Of a stretch of 64,000 nucleotides of DNA, positions 1-12,746 are shown one piece after another. Position 1 is the first letter of the stretch, and each line of letters starts with the position of its first letter. The translations under genes and the position numbers were made by a program. The notes under the pieces were generated by a model, which was not told the DNA's origin, did not search any database, and worked only from the letters and a program-made list of their open reading frames with translations. This DNA comes from Eledone cirrhosa (taxonomy: Eukaryota): contig OZ024740.1 of NCBI GenBank assembly GCA_964016885.1, forward strand, positions 81,964,001 through 82,028,000, written 5' to 3'.

Positions 1-573
1 ATAGCTAGAATGAAATATCTTAATTCAAATACATATAGTCTGCCTGTGTCGATCTAAAAAATAATAAATCAATACTCACAAACACATATCACAACCAGTG
101 ACCTCAAGAGACAACAAGGTCCGCCATGTTCAAGAAAGAACATACATACTCACACATGCATATTTAGTGTTTAGACTTGTGATGTACTTATATTGACAGA
201 ATCTTCCTTAGTATATGGGCAGTTCCCATTAGTACTATCTTTTGTATTTCTCCTATACGCGGGTTTCCTGGGATTTGCGATAAGTAATCATTAGAACCCT
301 TAGGTATCATTCCCAAAGCGCCTACAACCACTGGTATTGTTTTAGTTCTCAATTTCCACATTTTTCCAATTTCTATCTCCAGGTCCTTATACTTGCTCAA
401 TTTTTCAAATGTTTTTATAGATACATTCTTGTCTATTGGAACAGACATATCAATTAGCAGGCATACCCTATTTTTAAAGTCCTTCAATATTATATCAGGT
501 CTATTCGCAAGTATTTTTCGGTCTGTTTGGATGCTACAGTTCCACAAGATAGAGATGTGATCTTTTTCAAGTA

Positions 574-575
<2 letters not shown>
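1..575 (-). mobile_element. 5'-truncated R4/Dong-like non-LTR retrotransposon (RLE domain plus 3' UTR)
   Basis: ORF 188-547 (-) contains RPDII..CLLIDMSVP..KLSKY..L..PVVVGALG..LMGTAHILR, a PD-(D/E)xK restriction-like endonuclease C-terminus; abuts a (TAA)n tract, the known Dong target. Confidence 0.8.

Positions 576-604
<29 letters not shown>
576..604. repeat. (TTA)n microsatellite, left flank of Tx1 element A
   Basis: direct read. Confidence 0.95.
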
Positions 605-812
605 GGCGACCTACGTAGTAAATCGTATCATCGTGAGCTCCGCAAAGGTTTGTTATTTCCGTTTGTTAAAAATTGCCATTTATGGAAAATTTTATTGTTA
701 ACTGTTTATAAGCACACATACATTGTTTTCCGAAAAGGACACCCAAAAAGATTGGGGCCTTGTGCCCAAAATTTTAACTTTTATTATTATCCAAAAATTT
801 CTTTGAATATAA

Positions 813-2700
813 ATGGCTAATTCCTCTCTGCACGAAGCAGCTGAAAGCCTTCCTCACAAAATAACACCTCACACCGACATCACCATTGTAAATGTTACTA
901 CGTTTGCCAACACAAAAAAAAATATAAGCAGTAGCAATATTTTAAATTTGTCTCAGGCAGACATTAATTTCCCGCCATTACCAATGACTGCAGGTGTTAA
1001 AGCCTCCACCACCACCACCACCGCGACAACCACCACCCCCACCACCACCGCGACAACAGAAACAAAAGAAGAACAAAATAAATTAACTCGTGATGTCGAA
1101 ATGAAATCAAGCAAAATTGACTCTTCCGCACCAAAGATGACTGACGTCACCACCACCACAACTGAAACTAAAATTAATATTAACACAAATAACGATAGCA
1201 ACAACAACAACAATGACATTATAAAACCGACCCTCAGTTTCGCCATAGTAGCAAAACAATTCGAAGCATTCACGGTAAATCAAGAGGATTTAGAAAATGC
1301 CAAACAAATGGTAAAGAAAGATGGGTACAGGGTCAGCCTCACCCCCCCACCTAATAAAATGGAGCATCGGCGCCTATGCACCGTGTCGTATAGAACAATA
1401 AATGTAAAATCGCGCCGAGTGGAACGGGCATCCGAGTCCCAAATCCAAAAAGCTTTGGGACATGTGTGGGCAAGAAAAACCCACATCAGTCGTGGGCAAA
1501 AGTATGGAACCGTGGATGTGTTCTTTGAAACACCAGAGGAGGCTAGAGAACACTCCATGGCCCCATTAAAGAGTGACGACTTCACACTCGTCCCAAGCTA
1601 TTGTGGCCAGAGACTCGTAAAGATCAGGGTGACCCACGTTCCACCGGCCATCGAAATTCCCTGGCTAATAGCGGCTGTCCTCGCCGGCATCGAAGCCAAC
1701 ACGAAAATAATAGCAATAGCAAAAGAAAGCAGGAAAACTGGTCCGGATCTGGGATGGAGCTCCTAATCCAAGCGGACCAAAAAAGCATTGAGGAGATCCC
1801 AGAAGTAATAGACCTCACTGACGGCAGCCATCTCACGGTAATTGTCGAGGGCAGAAGACCTAGGAGTGTCGTTTGTGGTGAAGGAGCCCACCTAAGGGCT
1901 TTCTGCCCTCAGGCTAAAAGGTTGAGGCCACCTCTCCTACCCACCCCAGTGACACAACCATCAACACCACCAGTAGCAGAGATGGCAGCAACAACTGTAG
2001 CAGCAACAACAGAAGCAACTATAACAGCAACAACCCCAGCAACAGTAGCAAAACCAACACCACTACCACCACCAGCAAAACCAACACCACCACCACCCAA
2101 CGCTTCAGAACTAGCACCAGCGCCTACACCATCCACCACACCACAACCAAAACTAACGGCTGTGGAGGATTTTCCACTCCCCGGCCTATCACAACTGGAG
2201 ACAGATTGTGACGACGAGGAGTGGGAAACGATATCCGGAAAAAAAAAGAAACCGAAAAAGAAAAAATTCTCTTCCTTCCCCCTCCAAAAACAAAATACAG
2301 AGGGAAACAAATAAACTAAGAAACAAAAAAGTTAGGACAGATATGCCACCATCCACACCAGCATCACCAACCCCATCAACCCAAACACCAATACCATCAC
2401 CATCATTAACTCCAACACCACCACAACAACAAGCAATTATTACACTACATCCAACACAACACCAGCATCACAGAAAAAGACTACACAACAACCCCAAAAT
2501 TCACACCACCTCCACACATACAAATCACTCGCATCACACAGAAAACGTACATGACACTAAAACAAAAATTCCCCAAAGACTTCGGAGACTTCCGACAAGC
2601 ACTCTCCAGGAGGATTTATAAGGACATCCTTCCTGAGGAGGCCACAAGCAGTGAAAAGGATGGAAAACCCGTTCTTCCCCTACGAGAAGTAAGGTAAGTG
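813..2700 (+). pseudogene. Tx1 ORF1 (RRM-like region, zinc knuckle, Pro/Thr-rich tail), frameshifted
   Basis: ORFs 813-1766 and 1601-2314 join via a frameshift near 1735; YGTVDVFFETPEEA is RRM-like; RRPRSVVCGEGAHLRAFCP is a degenerate CCHC knuckle; end approximate. Confidence 0.7.
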
Positions 2701-2731
2701 GTCTTTCCCATCTTTTCCACTCCTTTTCAAC

Positions 2732-5700
2732 ATGACCTCACTCAGAATAGGCCGCATAAATGCGCGTGGCATGGGGCCGTCATGGAAGCAGGGCCACCTG
2801 CTCAACGACCTCAGGTCACTAAACATAGATGTAGTGACCATCAGCGAGACCAGAATCTCCGAAGCACAGGCTTTCGCACCGATCTTCGGCGGCTACGATG
2901 TGTACGCATCTCCCAGCCGTCCGGGATGGGGGGGGGGAGGAGTTGCTGTGCTTTTTCGGAGAGGTTTGGATCTTGCCATAAGGGCCATCTTCCTGGACCC
3001 AGAAGGTAAGTTGGTGGTGCTGGACGTGACCAGCGGAGACGGGCAAGCTTTCAGGTTAGTGGCCGTCTATGCCCCGACAGGAGCGGGGCGGCCTGATTTC
3101 TTCCGGCGTCTGGAGACCTTTCTTGGAACGTCCCGCTCTTTAGTGTTAGTGGGCGACTGGAACGGGATCTTAGATGCACGCCGGGATTGTGTGGGATTAG
3201 TGGATAGGGAAGGAGGGTGCAAGAGTCTCACCAACCTGCTCAGACGTTTTGAACTGTCTGACAGGTACCGAATGGATTTCCCAAATGTACCAATGTGGAC
3301 TTGGACAAATCGAATAGGGTCATCCAGATCATATCTAGATAGAGTATTTTGTAGGGAAATAGATAAGTCTAGCATAGGCTGTCCACAATTCAAGATAGTC
3401 AGCTACACGGACCACAAATTCGTGATCTGTGTGCTTGACTTAGATAGGCTTCATAGACGAGGACCCGGCTACTGGAAGCTAAACGCGTCCTTACCAGCGC
3501 GCAAGGCCTACAAAGACCGGATTAGCGAACTAGTTAAGCGGGCATTGACGGGGGCCATCGTCAACAACAAGTGGTGGTTTGCTCTGAAAAGAGCAATTAG
3601 AATAGAGTCCATTAGGTTTAGTAAGACTTTAGCAATAGAGAAAAATATAGCAGAGGGAGAGTTAGTTAGAAAATTAGATGAGGCGCTTAGCAAAGGCATC
3701 GCGACCGACGTACTTGCGGCCAAATTGGCCCTTGACCAATTCTTCAATGCAAAGCACGAAGGCTGCGTTGTCAGAGCTAGGGTGCGTGCTCTCAGACACG
3801 AGGGGACGAAAGCCGTTCAATGGGCCCGAGTGGCGGAGGCGCGTCGTGGCAACAAAGCCACGATCCGGTCTTTGGTGGACCACGACGGGCGCATGCTACT
3901 CGATCCCGGGCATATGTGTGAAGCTTTTCAGCGACACTTCGCTCAACTGATCGGGGGCAGTGGCGGGCCAGATCGATGGATGGACTTTAGTGTCTACCTC
4001 GACGGACTGCCGCGGCTTTCGGCCTCTGAGGCGGAGTGTTGCGAAAAGCCGATAACCACCGCTGAAGTACGGGATGCAATGACTAGTTGCACAAGGGGTA
4101 AATCGCCTGGTTTGGATGGTCTGCCCTATGAACTTTACGTACAAATGCCAAACTTGTTCGGAGGCCTCTTGGCGGACGTCTACTGCAACTGGCAACAGAA
4201 CGGGAGAATTCCCAGCTCTGTGAGCCGAGGAGCGGTGGCGCTGCTGAGAAAGGATCCGAACAAGGCGGATAACATAGATAATTTTAGACCCATAACTCTG
4301 CTAAACACAGAGTTCAAGATTTTGGCCAAGGTGCTAGCAAAGAGTTTGGCACTTGTCGTTGGTGGTCTGGTGGGAGAGGCACAGACATGCGCCATTCCCG
4401 ACAGATCCATCCACGACAACCTCCACCTCATGCGATACATCGTAGAGAGGGTAGCTAGGGAACCTGGCACGCGTGGGTCTTTGATCAATTTAGATCAGTC
4501 GAAAGCCTTCGATAGGGTCGACCATCGTTACCTAGCGGCAGCCCTGAGGGCGGCTGGCTTTGGGCCCGTCTTCAGAGGCTGGATCGCTGCCATGCACAGC
4601 GACATCTGCTCTGTAGTGAGAGTGAACGGTCACCTTTCGAAACCGTTCAACATCATGCGCTCGGTCCGCCAAGGATGTCCCCTCTCGTCCCTATTGTACG
4701 TATTGACTCTCGAGCCATTACTGCACAAACTGGAGACGTTGAGGGGGGTCCCGCGCGAACTAGGATGCGGAAGATCCGCGTCAGCATATGCCGACGATGT
4801 CACCGTAGTAGTGTCGAACGCCAAACACATCGAGGCGATCGGCACTACACTAAGAGAATACGAAGCGGTGACAGGAGCAATGATCAACCAGGAAAAGTCA
4901 GTGGGCCTGCAGCTCGGCACCTGGAGAGGCAGGTCCATGCCGTCCAACAGCGTCGTCGGGCGCTGGACGGACGGACCGGTTAAATTGCTAGGGGTCAGGT
5001 TCGGTCCAGACCTCCAGACGGACAAAAACTGGGACGAGGTGACGAGCAGGGTGGCTTCTCTCACCCAGAAATGGGCCGAGAGGAAGCTATCCCTGAAAGG
5101 TCGAGCGGGGGTGGCGAATGCGTACATCGCATCCGTCATCTACTACCGCCTGACCGTCGTACCTTGTCCTAAGCCCCGCCTGACTGCGCTGGAGCGTTTG
5201 CTCTTTCGCTTCTTGTGGAAGGGACGCGCTCCGATGGTCAGGAGGTCCATCTGCTGTCAACACCCGCTACGTGGAGGGCTGGGCATGCCGTGGCTGATGA
5301 TGCGCAGACACGCGCTCAGGCTACGACATCTCCACCTCTTCCTCGATGGTGACGTTTTTCCTCAGCTCGTCTCCTTGACCGAGCTGCAGTCCTGGGTCAA
5401 GCGAAGACCGAGAGGGAGCATTTGGAGACTGGAATGTCTTCAGGCGCTCACAGCCCTCAAACCAATCGGGCAATGTGATCGGTGGAAACTCCACCTTGGC
5501 GTTCTATAGGGGATTACTGGAGGGGAAGAGCGACGACGTACTTGGAGAAACTCTAGGCGTCGACGAAAATCAACTAGCCAATCTCTTCGGAAGGACTTTC
5601 GGGCCGGGGCCTATGGACAACTTCCAGAAATCCCTGGCCTGGCAGTGCTACCGAGGAGCTTTACCAGTTCGGGATAAACTCTACAGGCATGGAGGTGCCG

Positions 5701-6128
5701 TCAGCCGGGCATGTCCGAGATGCGCGCAGGGCGACGAAACCGTCCTGCACGCACTCGTCCAGTGTCCGAGCATTGCTGACTTGTGGGTTTATGTCGAACA
5801 CCTGCTGTCACGTGTAGGACCTATCCAGCTATCAGCTGAGTCCATCGTGAGGATTGCCCCGCCCCCTTCCTTTAGCCTGGAAGGGCAGGCAGTTTTTATC
5901 TGTCTGGTGGCCATGGCGAAAGAGATAGTATGGTGGACACGTTTGAAAGGGCTGAAGACAAGCACTTACCTCTTCGGTGATGCCCTGATTAACTTTTTCA
6001 AATTTCATTTGAAAAGGAAAATCAGAGTAGAGAGGGAAGTGCTCTCTTCCCAGCATTTTGTTGAAAGATGGGTGAGAGAAGCAAGTATGGCCCGAATGAA
6101 TGGGCCTTCTCTGAGTATGTGTCTGTAA
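2732..6128 (+). pseudogene. Tx1 ORF2: AP endonuclease + reverse transcriptase + C-terminal zinc finger, one frameshift near 5470
   Basis: EN motifs INARG, SETR, GDWN, YLDR, TDH; RT motifs PGLDG, FRPITLLN, KAFDRV, QGCPLS, YADD; CPRC..ETVLHALVQC in 5475-6128. Confidence 0.92.
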
Positions 6129-6370
6129 ATTAAAGGTGGAAAACTGGGAGAGGGCACTTGCCCTGGTGGTCAGGGCCACTGTGGTCTTTTAATGGGCTTT
6201 CTCCACAAATGTCCCTTGGAAGTCTCCCCCCTATTGGGGAGTTTTTCTTTGTTATTTTATTTCAACCTCTGTTTTTTTACACGCAGAAATGCCCATTTGT
6301 ACCGTCCTGTATTGTCCTGTACTGTCCTTAATGTCTACTTTATGTGAACCCTTGTGGTTAATAAAGAAAA

Positions 6371-6371
<1 letters not shown>

Positions 6372-6428
<57 letters not shown>
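6372..6428. repeat. (ATT)n microsatellite, right flank of element A
   Basis: direct read. Confidence 0.95.
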
Positions 6429-6444
6429 GTTGTTTTTGTTGTTG

Positions 6445-6590
6445 TCTTTGAGTCTCAATGTTCTTGCTGTTCCCAGGAAGCATACCTTTTGAAGTGTTCC
6501 AAAAAGCAGGGTTGGACTAAATTTCTTTAGCCATCCTTGGGAACTCTTTGAGATAGTACCTAGTGCGCCTATGTCAATCGGGACCACTAA
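6445..6590 (-). mobile_element. Second R4/Dong-like RLE 3' fragment
   Basis: VVPIDIGALGTISK...LQKVCFLGTARTLR, homologous to the C-terminus of ORF 188-547; followed by (AAT)n on the minus strand. Confidence 0.7.
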
Positions 6591-9135
6591 AGGGTGGTAT
6601 GCCGTTGTTAGACGCCTGGAAGGATATGCAACCCGACACCACCACCACGAGCGAAATTGCACAGAAAATACATGAGGGGAGAGAGAAAATCCTCAACGCT
6701 CACATGATGATGTGGACCGGCATCCTAAAGCCAAGCAGACGCACTGCCAACAACTTCCAGGCGTATAACAATGGCATACCACTCTTGTATGGGCTCCGCC
6801 AAGACCATAAGACAGTCGACGACCCGATAACAGGATCACTAACAAGACCTGTATGCAGAGCCAATATAGCTAGCAACTACAGGATCTCCACTTCCTCTCA
6901 ATCGTTATACGCCCCGTAATCAAGATATCCCCAGATGTATGTGACAGTACAGAGGACCTCCTCAGCAGAATCAGTGAGTGCAACAAAAACAAAAACCTAT
7001 GCAAATGCATAATAGAAAGTATGGACGTGGTGTCACTATACCCATCCATTAACATTGATTTTGCTGTGGCAAAATGTGTGGAGATAATTGACACAGACTA
7101 CGTGGGCCTCCTACTTAGACTTACATATGACACTGACTACCTAGACAGCCATGACCTTAGACGTTTCTGTCCCAGTAGACCCATAAGAGGTAGAGCCCCA
7201 GCATAACCTCAATGACAAAAAAGACTCCCATCGGAAGGTGGACTGGGTGGACCAAAGCCATACGGACCCCCAAAAACAATGATAAGTTAAGAAAAATGGT
7301 CGCACATGCAATAGGGGCCAGTATTAAAACTACAATAAAGGGCCACATTCAAATTCAACTAGAAGATCTACACCCAAAATGAGGGAGCAGCCATTGGCGT
7401 CAGCATGACTTGTGACGTTGCCAACCTTTTTATGGTATGGTGGGAAAGGAGACTCAAAGATCTCCTTCATGAGAGCTCCATAGACCTTATCATGTACTCT
7501 CGTTACGTAGACGACATCAATAGTGTAATAAGGACATCCCCACAACAGAGTACTAACAAGTTTGATTTAGAACGTAGTACAATGGAAAGCATCCAGCAGA
7601 TAGCTAATTCGATACACCAGAGTAAAACTGTAACTATCGACTTCCCTTCCAAACACCCTAACAATAGACTACTTGTATTAGACACGGAACTCTGGATTAA
7701 CACTGTAGACGAGAGAGCCCAAATTCTCCACTCTCACTACGCTAAACACATGGCATCCAAATACCTGATACTCAAAAACTCAGCAATGTCCAGTAGTGCT
7801 AAGTTTAATATTCTGATCGCAGACATGGTACGAGTGATGAAGAATGTGTCCCGCATGTGCGACCCAACAGAAATGGAAAGACACATCCAACACTTCATCA
7901 ACCGCATGCAGTTCTCTGGCTACAACCACAGAGACAGAATCAGAGTATACGAAGGAGCGATGGAAAAGTATAACTGGACATGAAAGGAATTTGCCCATTA
8001 TACAGGAGCAAATCATGGAATAGTTTAGATAGGACTAGACATAAGATAGGGAAAGCCACCTCATGGTACGACAACCATAAATACCAGAGTGTCATGTTCG
8101 TGGATGCTACCCCTGGAGGATAATTAGCTAACCAGTGTAGAAAGGCCTTGAGAAAGACTCACTTAAAGATTAAGGTGGTAGAAAAGCCAGGAACCAGCAT
8201 AAAATCCCTGATCAGCAAAACCTGCCCTTTTAAGAAAACCCACTGTAATAATAGGAAATGTATTATATGTAGATAAACCACCGGATAAACTGTAAAACTA
8301 GAAACGTAGTCTATAGCATAAGATGTACAGAGGGTACTTGCAGAAACATGACAACAACATACATAGGCGAGACAGCTCGTAGCATAGGTGAAAGGATAGA
8401 CCAACACTGGGGGGAACTTAAAGTACGAAAACACGGTTCAGTACTATACGAACACGCCAGTAAACAACACGACGGTAGCATAGACAACATAGAAATTAGA
8501 ATAATATCTAAACATAGAAATGACCCTTCAGATAGGCAAATCAGAGAGGCCAGCTAAATGGAACTTAGAAGGCCAAAGCTAAACAGAAAAAATGAATGGA
8601 ATAACAACACCCAAACAAATAATAATCACCTAAGATAAGTATAAATAAATAAATAAATAAATAATTAAATAAATAAATAAATAAATACACAAGCACAATA
8701 ACAACAAACACATAAACACACACTAGTAAACTAAGATAGAATACAATAACCAAAATACAGCCACCCAAACACGAACACACCTCAAACACTATACATACAC
8801 GCAAACGCATGCGCAGAGAAGACAAAAATAAATAAATAAACGGATTAAATAAAGATGGCGTAGATTTACAATACAACAGGAGTAAACATAATAGCACCAC
8901 TGACGATGTTGAAGATGTGCAACGAAAGAAGTTTGTTAGACTATATATATGTATTTCTGTCTATATTATATCTGACCGTAATATAGTAATTTGACCGTTG
9001 GTCAGTCAAAGGTAATATTGAGGACCGAGTAAATTAAATTAACTGATATAAAAGATACACAAGCGAAAACGAACCAAACAGTGAGTGTGTTCTATTATTA
9101 ATTCTTGCAATATTATTACACAAATATGACCCTCC
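6590..9135 (+). mobile_element. Penelope-like element, 5'-truncated and frameshifted (RT, Cys-rich linker, GIY-YIG, pLTR)
   Basis: LYGLRQDHK..TRPVC, MDVVSLYPSI, YSRYVDD, VLDTELW; CPF..C..C..C linker; VVYSIRC...TYIGETARSIGERIDQH, RQIREA; HHR-like core at 8900. Confidence 0.85.
8895..8936 (+). ncRNA. Hammerhead ribozyme-like motif, stems I and III degenerate
   Basis: CTGACGA-T-GTTG(aagatgtg)CAAC-GAAA downstream of the PLE ORF. Confidence 0.6.
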
Positions 9136-9160
9136 CCGAGTATATCTATATATATATATA

Positions 9161-9221
<61 letters not shown>

Positions 9222-9363
9222 AAAAAGAGATGAAATCGAAAATGCAACTGTAGACTTATTTTTTTTTTAAATATATATATTTATGTGGTTCCTTTACCGG
9301 TTTCGCAGTTCTTCTGCTTTTCAAATGGTGAGTTGAGATGGAGGGTATGTGGTTTTTCTCACA

Positions 9364-9436
<73 letters not shown>

Positions 9437-9544
9437 GAACAAGTATGACCCCGACGGCAGAGCTCAAGCCGTTTCGAAGCCTATTTCTGGATGCAGAAAT
9501 AACCGTCGAAACGTTTTTGTTGTAGATACACCTGTATGAAGCAA

Positions 9545-9990
9545 ATGAAAACCAAGGTGTGGTCAATATAGAAAGAGGAATATTTCAAGGAGTTTCCTTT
9601 ACGCCATTGCTCTCTCTAATTGCAATGATTGCGCGATTAATTCTCTTAATATATAGATATTGGTTTTCAGATTCAAAACAGAGGGTCTAAGTTCAATCAT
9701 CTACGTTTAATTGATGGTTTGAAGATCTTTGACAAGAGTGAATCTCAGGTAAAATCACAGGTCAAAGTAGTCCACTGGTCATGCGTGGGTACTGGGATGG
9801 ATTTTGTAATCATAAAGGGTGCCTCTATGACTTTAAAAAGAGTTAGGCATGTGCATATTGGTAGGATTCAGTTACCTCACGGAGCGGCGATTGGACATCC
9901 TACATATAGAGGATAAGAATATCTGGGCATCTTGGAGCAGGAGAAATTTCTAAATGAGATGATGAAAGGATATGAGCTGGGAGTCTCGCA
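9545..9990 (+). mobile_element. Decayed R4/Dong-like RT fragment
   Basis: IERGIFQGVSFTPLL, ..LKIFDKSESQV.., GMDF..IKGA, YLGILEQ, with frameshifts. Confidence 0.65.
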
Positions 9991-10041
9991 AAATCAGTAT
10001 GATCTACTACTTAAAAATGTGGAGAGTTACTGAAAATAGAA

Positions 10042-10248
10042 TGGCAGTATCAGTAGAGCGTCGGACAACATTATTTATGGCATAGGCTTATCCTCCTTTA
10101 GGATCTGAGTTCAAATCCTGCCGAGGTTAGTTTTGCTTTGCGTCCTTACTTGGTCAATAAAATAAAGCTCCAGTAATACACTAGGCTCGATTATATTGAC
10201 TTCACCCTCCCCAAACATTGTTGGCATTGTGTCTATATTAGACACAAT
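10042..10248 (+). mobile_element. tRNA-derived SINE
   Basis: A-box-like TGGCAGTATCAG, B box GAGTTCAAATCC at 10107, central domain shared with other copies in the window. Confidence 0.8.
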
Positions 10249-11379
10249 TAGCTGTCAACACCCGTAATATTACACTAGCTAATTTCGTTTCGTAATGTAG
10301 TACATATAATGTCCTCCTCTTTGAAAGTGTATGACGCATGTCCGTATCGATCCAAAAACGCAGTGATGAAAAAGTATCTATATTAAAGTCCATATGTAAT
10401 TATATAATTAGAGCTATGCATTTACAGAACAATTAGTCTCTAAGACAACTTATGAGACCAAACCTTGCGGTAATTCAGAAAACAAGGTAAACTAACGGAG
10501 CACACTTCCAAAACTTCTCTATAAAAAGTGACAATTAACTACATAATGAAATCAATATTTATCGAAATATCCCCATAAAACAGAACAGTGAGAGCATTAT
10601 AATAAAAATGAAAATATTAATGAAATAATGCAAAATGTTCTTTTCAACAACTATGTAGAAGCATTGAAAGATATGACCAATCAAATAATAAAAATGTCAT
10701 TTATACATTTGATTAAAAACGTTAAGGTTGAAAATCTGATTGGATGTATAAATCTAATGTGTGCACAACACAGTATCATGGACTTAAGGCTACTGCAATT
10801 TAAAAGCACGGATTGCGGCTTTAGGATATTTTTGATTCAAAGAAAGTCCACATATATTATATTAAAAAAAGACATGAATGCGTACATTTTAATGCAGTCG
10901 TAATTTCTCATGCTTAGATGAATTTCGAAAATCCAGTACTTTTCCGGAAAGAACCAGGCTCCATTTAGACTCCGAGAAATTCGACAATCGACTATAGGGA
11001 GATAAAAATATAGACGAAGGAAAGTTACTTATGTTGCGTATATACATACACCACACACACGGCCACACACCCACTCACCGACAAGCACGCACACACAAAC
11101 ACACACACATACACACTCACACACACTCACACATATATATATATATATATATATATAAATATATACATATATATATATGGGGTAACAAGTTATCGTTATA
11201 GGTAATCCAGTTAGAGGTTGTGAGTACTCTGCGTCGTGGATAGTTTTAACGTACGGCTTTGTTTAACTCAACAAGATGTTTCCATAGTTAGGCAGCGAGA
11301 TCGCGGTAATTCTTATGTAGGTTATACTTGGAGTAATAATAGTGAAAGAATGGCTGTACAACAAGGGGCTTTATTTCAG

Positions 11380-11490
11380 GTATTGACAATTGTTTCATTG
11401 ATCAGGTGAGTCTAGAAGTCGCTAATCGTCCGACGTTGCGACACAGGATCTCCATTACATTATTTACCTCTGACTAACTCATCAGAATAC
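11380..11490 (-). ncRNA. Type I hammerhead ribozyme with long stem II insert
   Basis: minus strand: GTATT-CTGATGA-GTTAGTCAG...CTGATCAAT-GAAA-CAATTG-TC-AATAC; 5-bp stem I, palindromic stem III, GUC site. Confidence 0.8.
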
Positions 11491-12635
11491 AAAACCAATT
11501 CACTCAAGGCAAGATATGTATATAGAAATAGCGTATAATCAAAACAATAACATCAATAATAAAATATTTATGATCAATAGGTAGTTACAGATATAAAAAG
11601 TAAAAAGTAAAAGATAAGAAAAAAGATTCAGTAAAAGTAAGAAAATGGAAAAATATAAAGAAATAAAGATAGGTGAGAGCATATAAGTACAGAATATGAT
11701 AGTGGTGTTGGTGAGTAAGTGTCCGTGTAAGCATTCTGTGGTAGGTTTAGTGCTAACATGTAAAGTCATATTCGAAACATACATTGATACGTTTAGAGAG
11801 TCTGATGTAGTGACAGATAAAATAAAAAGGAATAAATTAGAGATTAATTGGAAGATACTAGTATAGGATTCAAGGGTAAGGTTGGATGGTGAAGAGAGGT
11901 TTGACAAATGTGTGTGGTAAATGTTTTGCTGATTGTCTTGTCTTAATGGGGTTGATGCTGTTTCAGGGAGAGAGGGTGAAAGAGATGTTATGATATTTAT
12001 AACCTAGTGACCACTTGGCCGTTTGAGAGCTAATAGCAGTGTGATGGTGTTTATTCCATACGTTAAAATCCAGGGGGTTCAGTTCTAATTTAAGGATTAC
12101 TGGCTCGAATCACGGTGGTTTGAAATTTGTGGACTTGGTAGCCATTTTATGCCTACAGAAAATTGATCTTTCTATTTTGCTATTAAGAGGCATCGTACCT
12201 TAAAATATGGAATAGCTCCATATTACAAAGTCCGCAGTGGGACATCCCATTGTTGTAGGCCCTTGCTTCCGATAATTTTGACCAGCTAATCCTATATTCC
12301 TTGTGTATCACTAGATCAGAGACTCGACACGTATCCACGTATGTTTCGAATATGACCTTTCATGTTAGCACTAAACCCACCACAGAATCCTTAAACGAAC
12401 ACTTACTCACCACTACCACTATCATATTATGTACTTACATGCTCTCACCTAAACTTATTTCTTTATATTCTTCCATTTTCTTACTTTTACCCTATCTTTT
12501 TTCTTATATTTTACTTTTTACTTTTTACATCTGTAATTTCTCTACCTATTTATCATATATATTTTATTATTGATGTTATTGTTTTGACTATACGCTATTT
12601 CTCTATATATATCTTGCCTTGAGTGTATTGTTTTG

Positions 12636-12746
12636 GTATACTGAGGAGTTGGTCAAAGGTAAATAATGTAATGGAGATCGAGTGACGCAACGTCGAGTGA
12701 TTACCGACCTCTAGACTCACCTGATCAATTAAACAATTGTCCATAC
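12636..12746 (+). ncRNA. Mutated HHR copy (GAAA changed to TAAA)
   Basis: GTATA-CTGAGGA-GTTGGTCA...TGATCAAT-TAAA-CAATTG-TC-CATAC. Confidence 0.6.

Larger units (their letters stand above)
605..6371 (+). mobile_element. Full-length Tx1/L1-clade LINE (element A)
   Basis: 5' UTR, ORF1, ORF2 (APE-RT-CCHC), 3' UTR with AATAAA at 6360-6365; flanked on both sides by (ATT)n. Confidence 0.9.

Noticed and set aside
953-5139. Antisense and alternate-frame ORFs over Tx1 element A
   Set aside because: Shadow ORFs of a GC-rich coding region, with no motifs
7975-7990. TGA ending the PLE RT ORF as a possible selenocysteine codon (Naiad-like)
   Set aside because: Element is frameshifted throughout, EN is C-terminal rather than permuted, and no SECIS was recognised
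10042-10125. tRNA gene
   Set aside because: Only A/B boxes of a SINE head; no cloverleaf; continues into the SINE body
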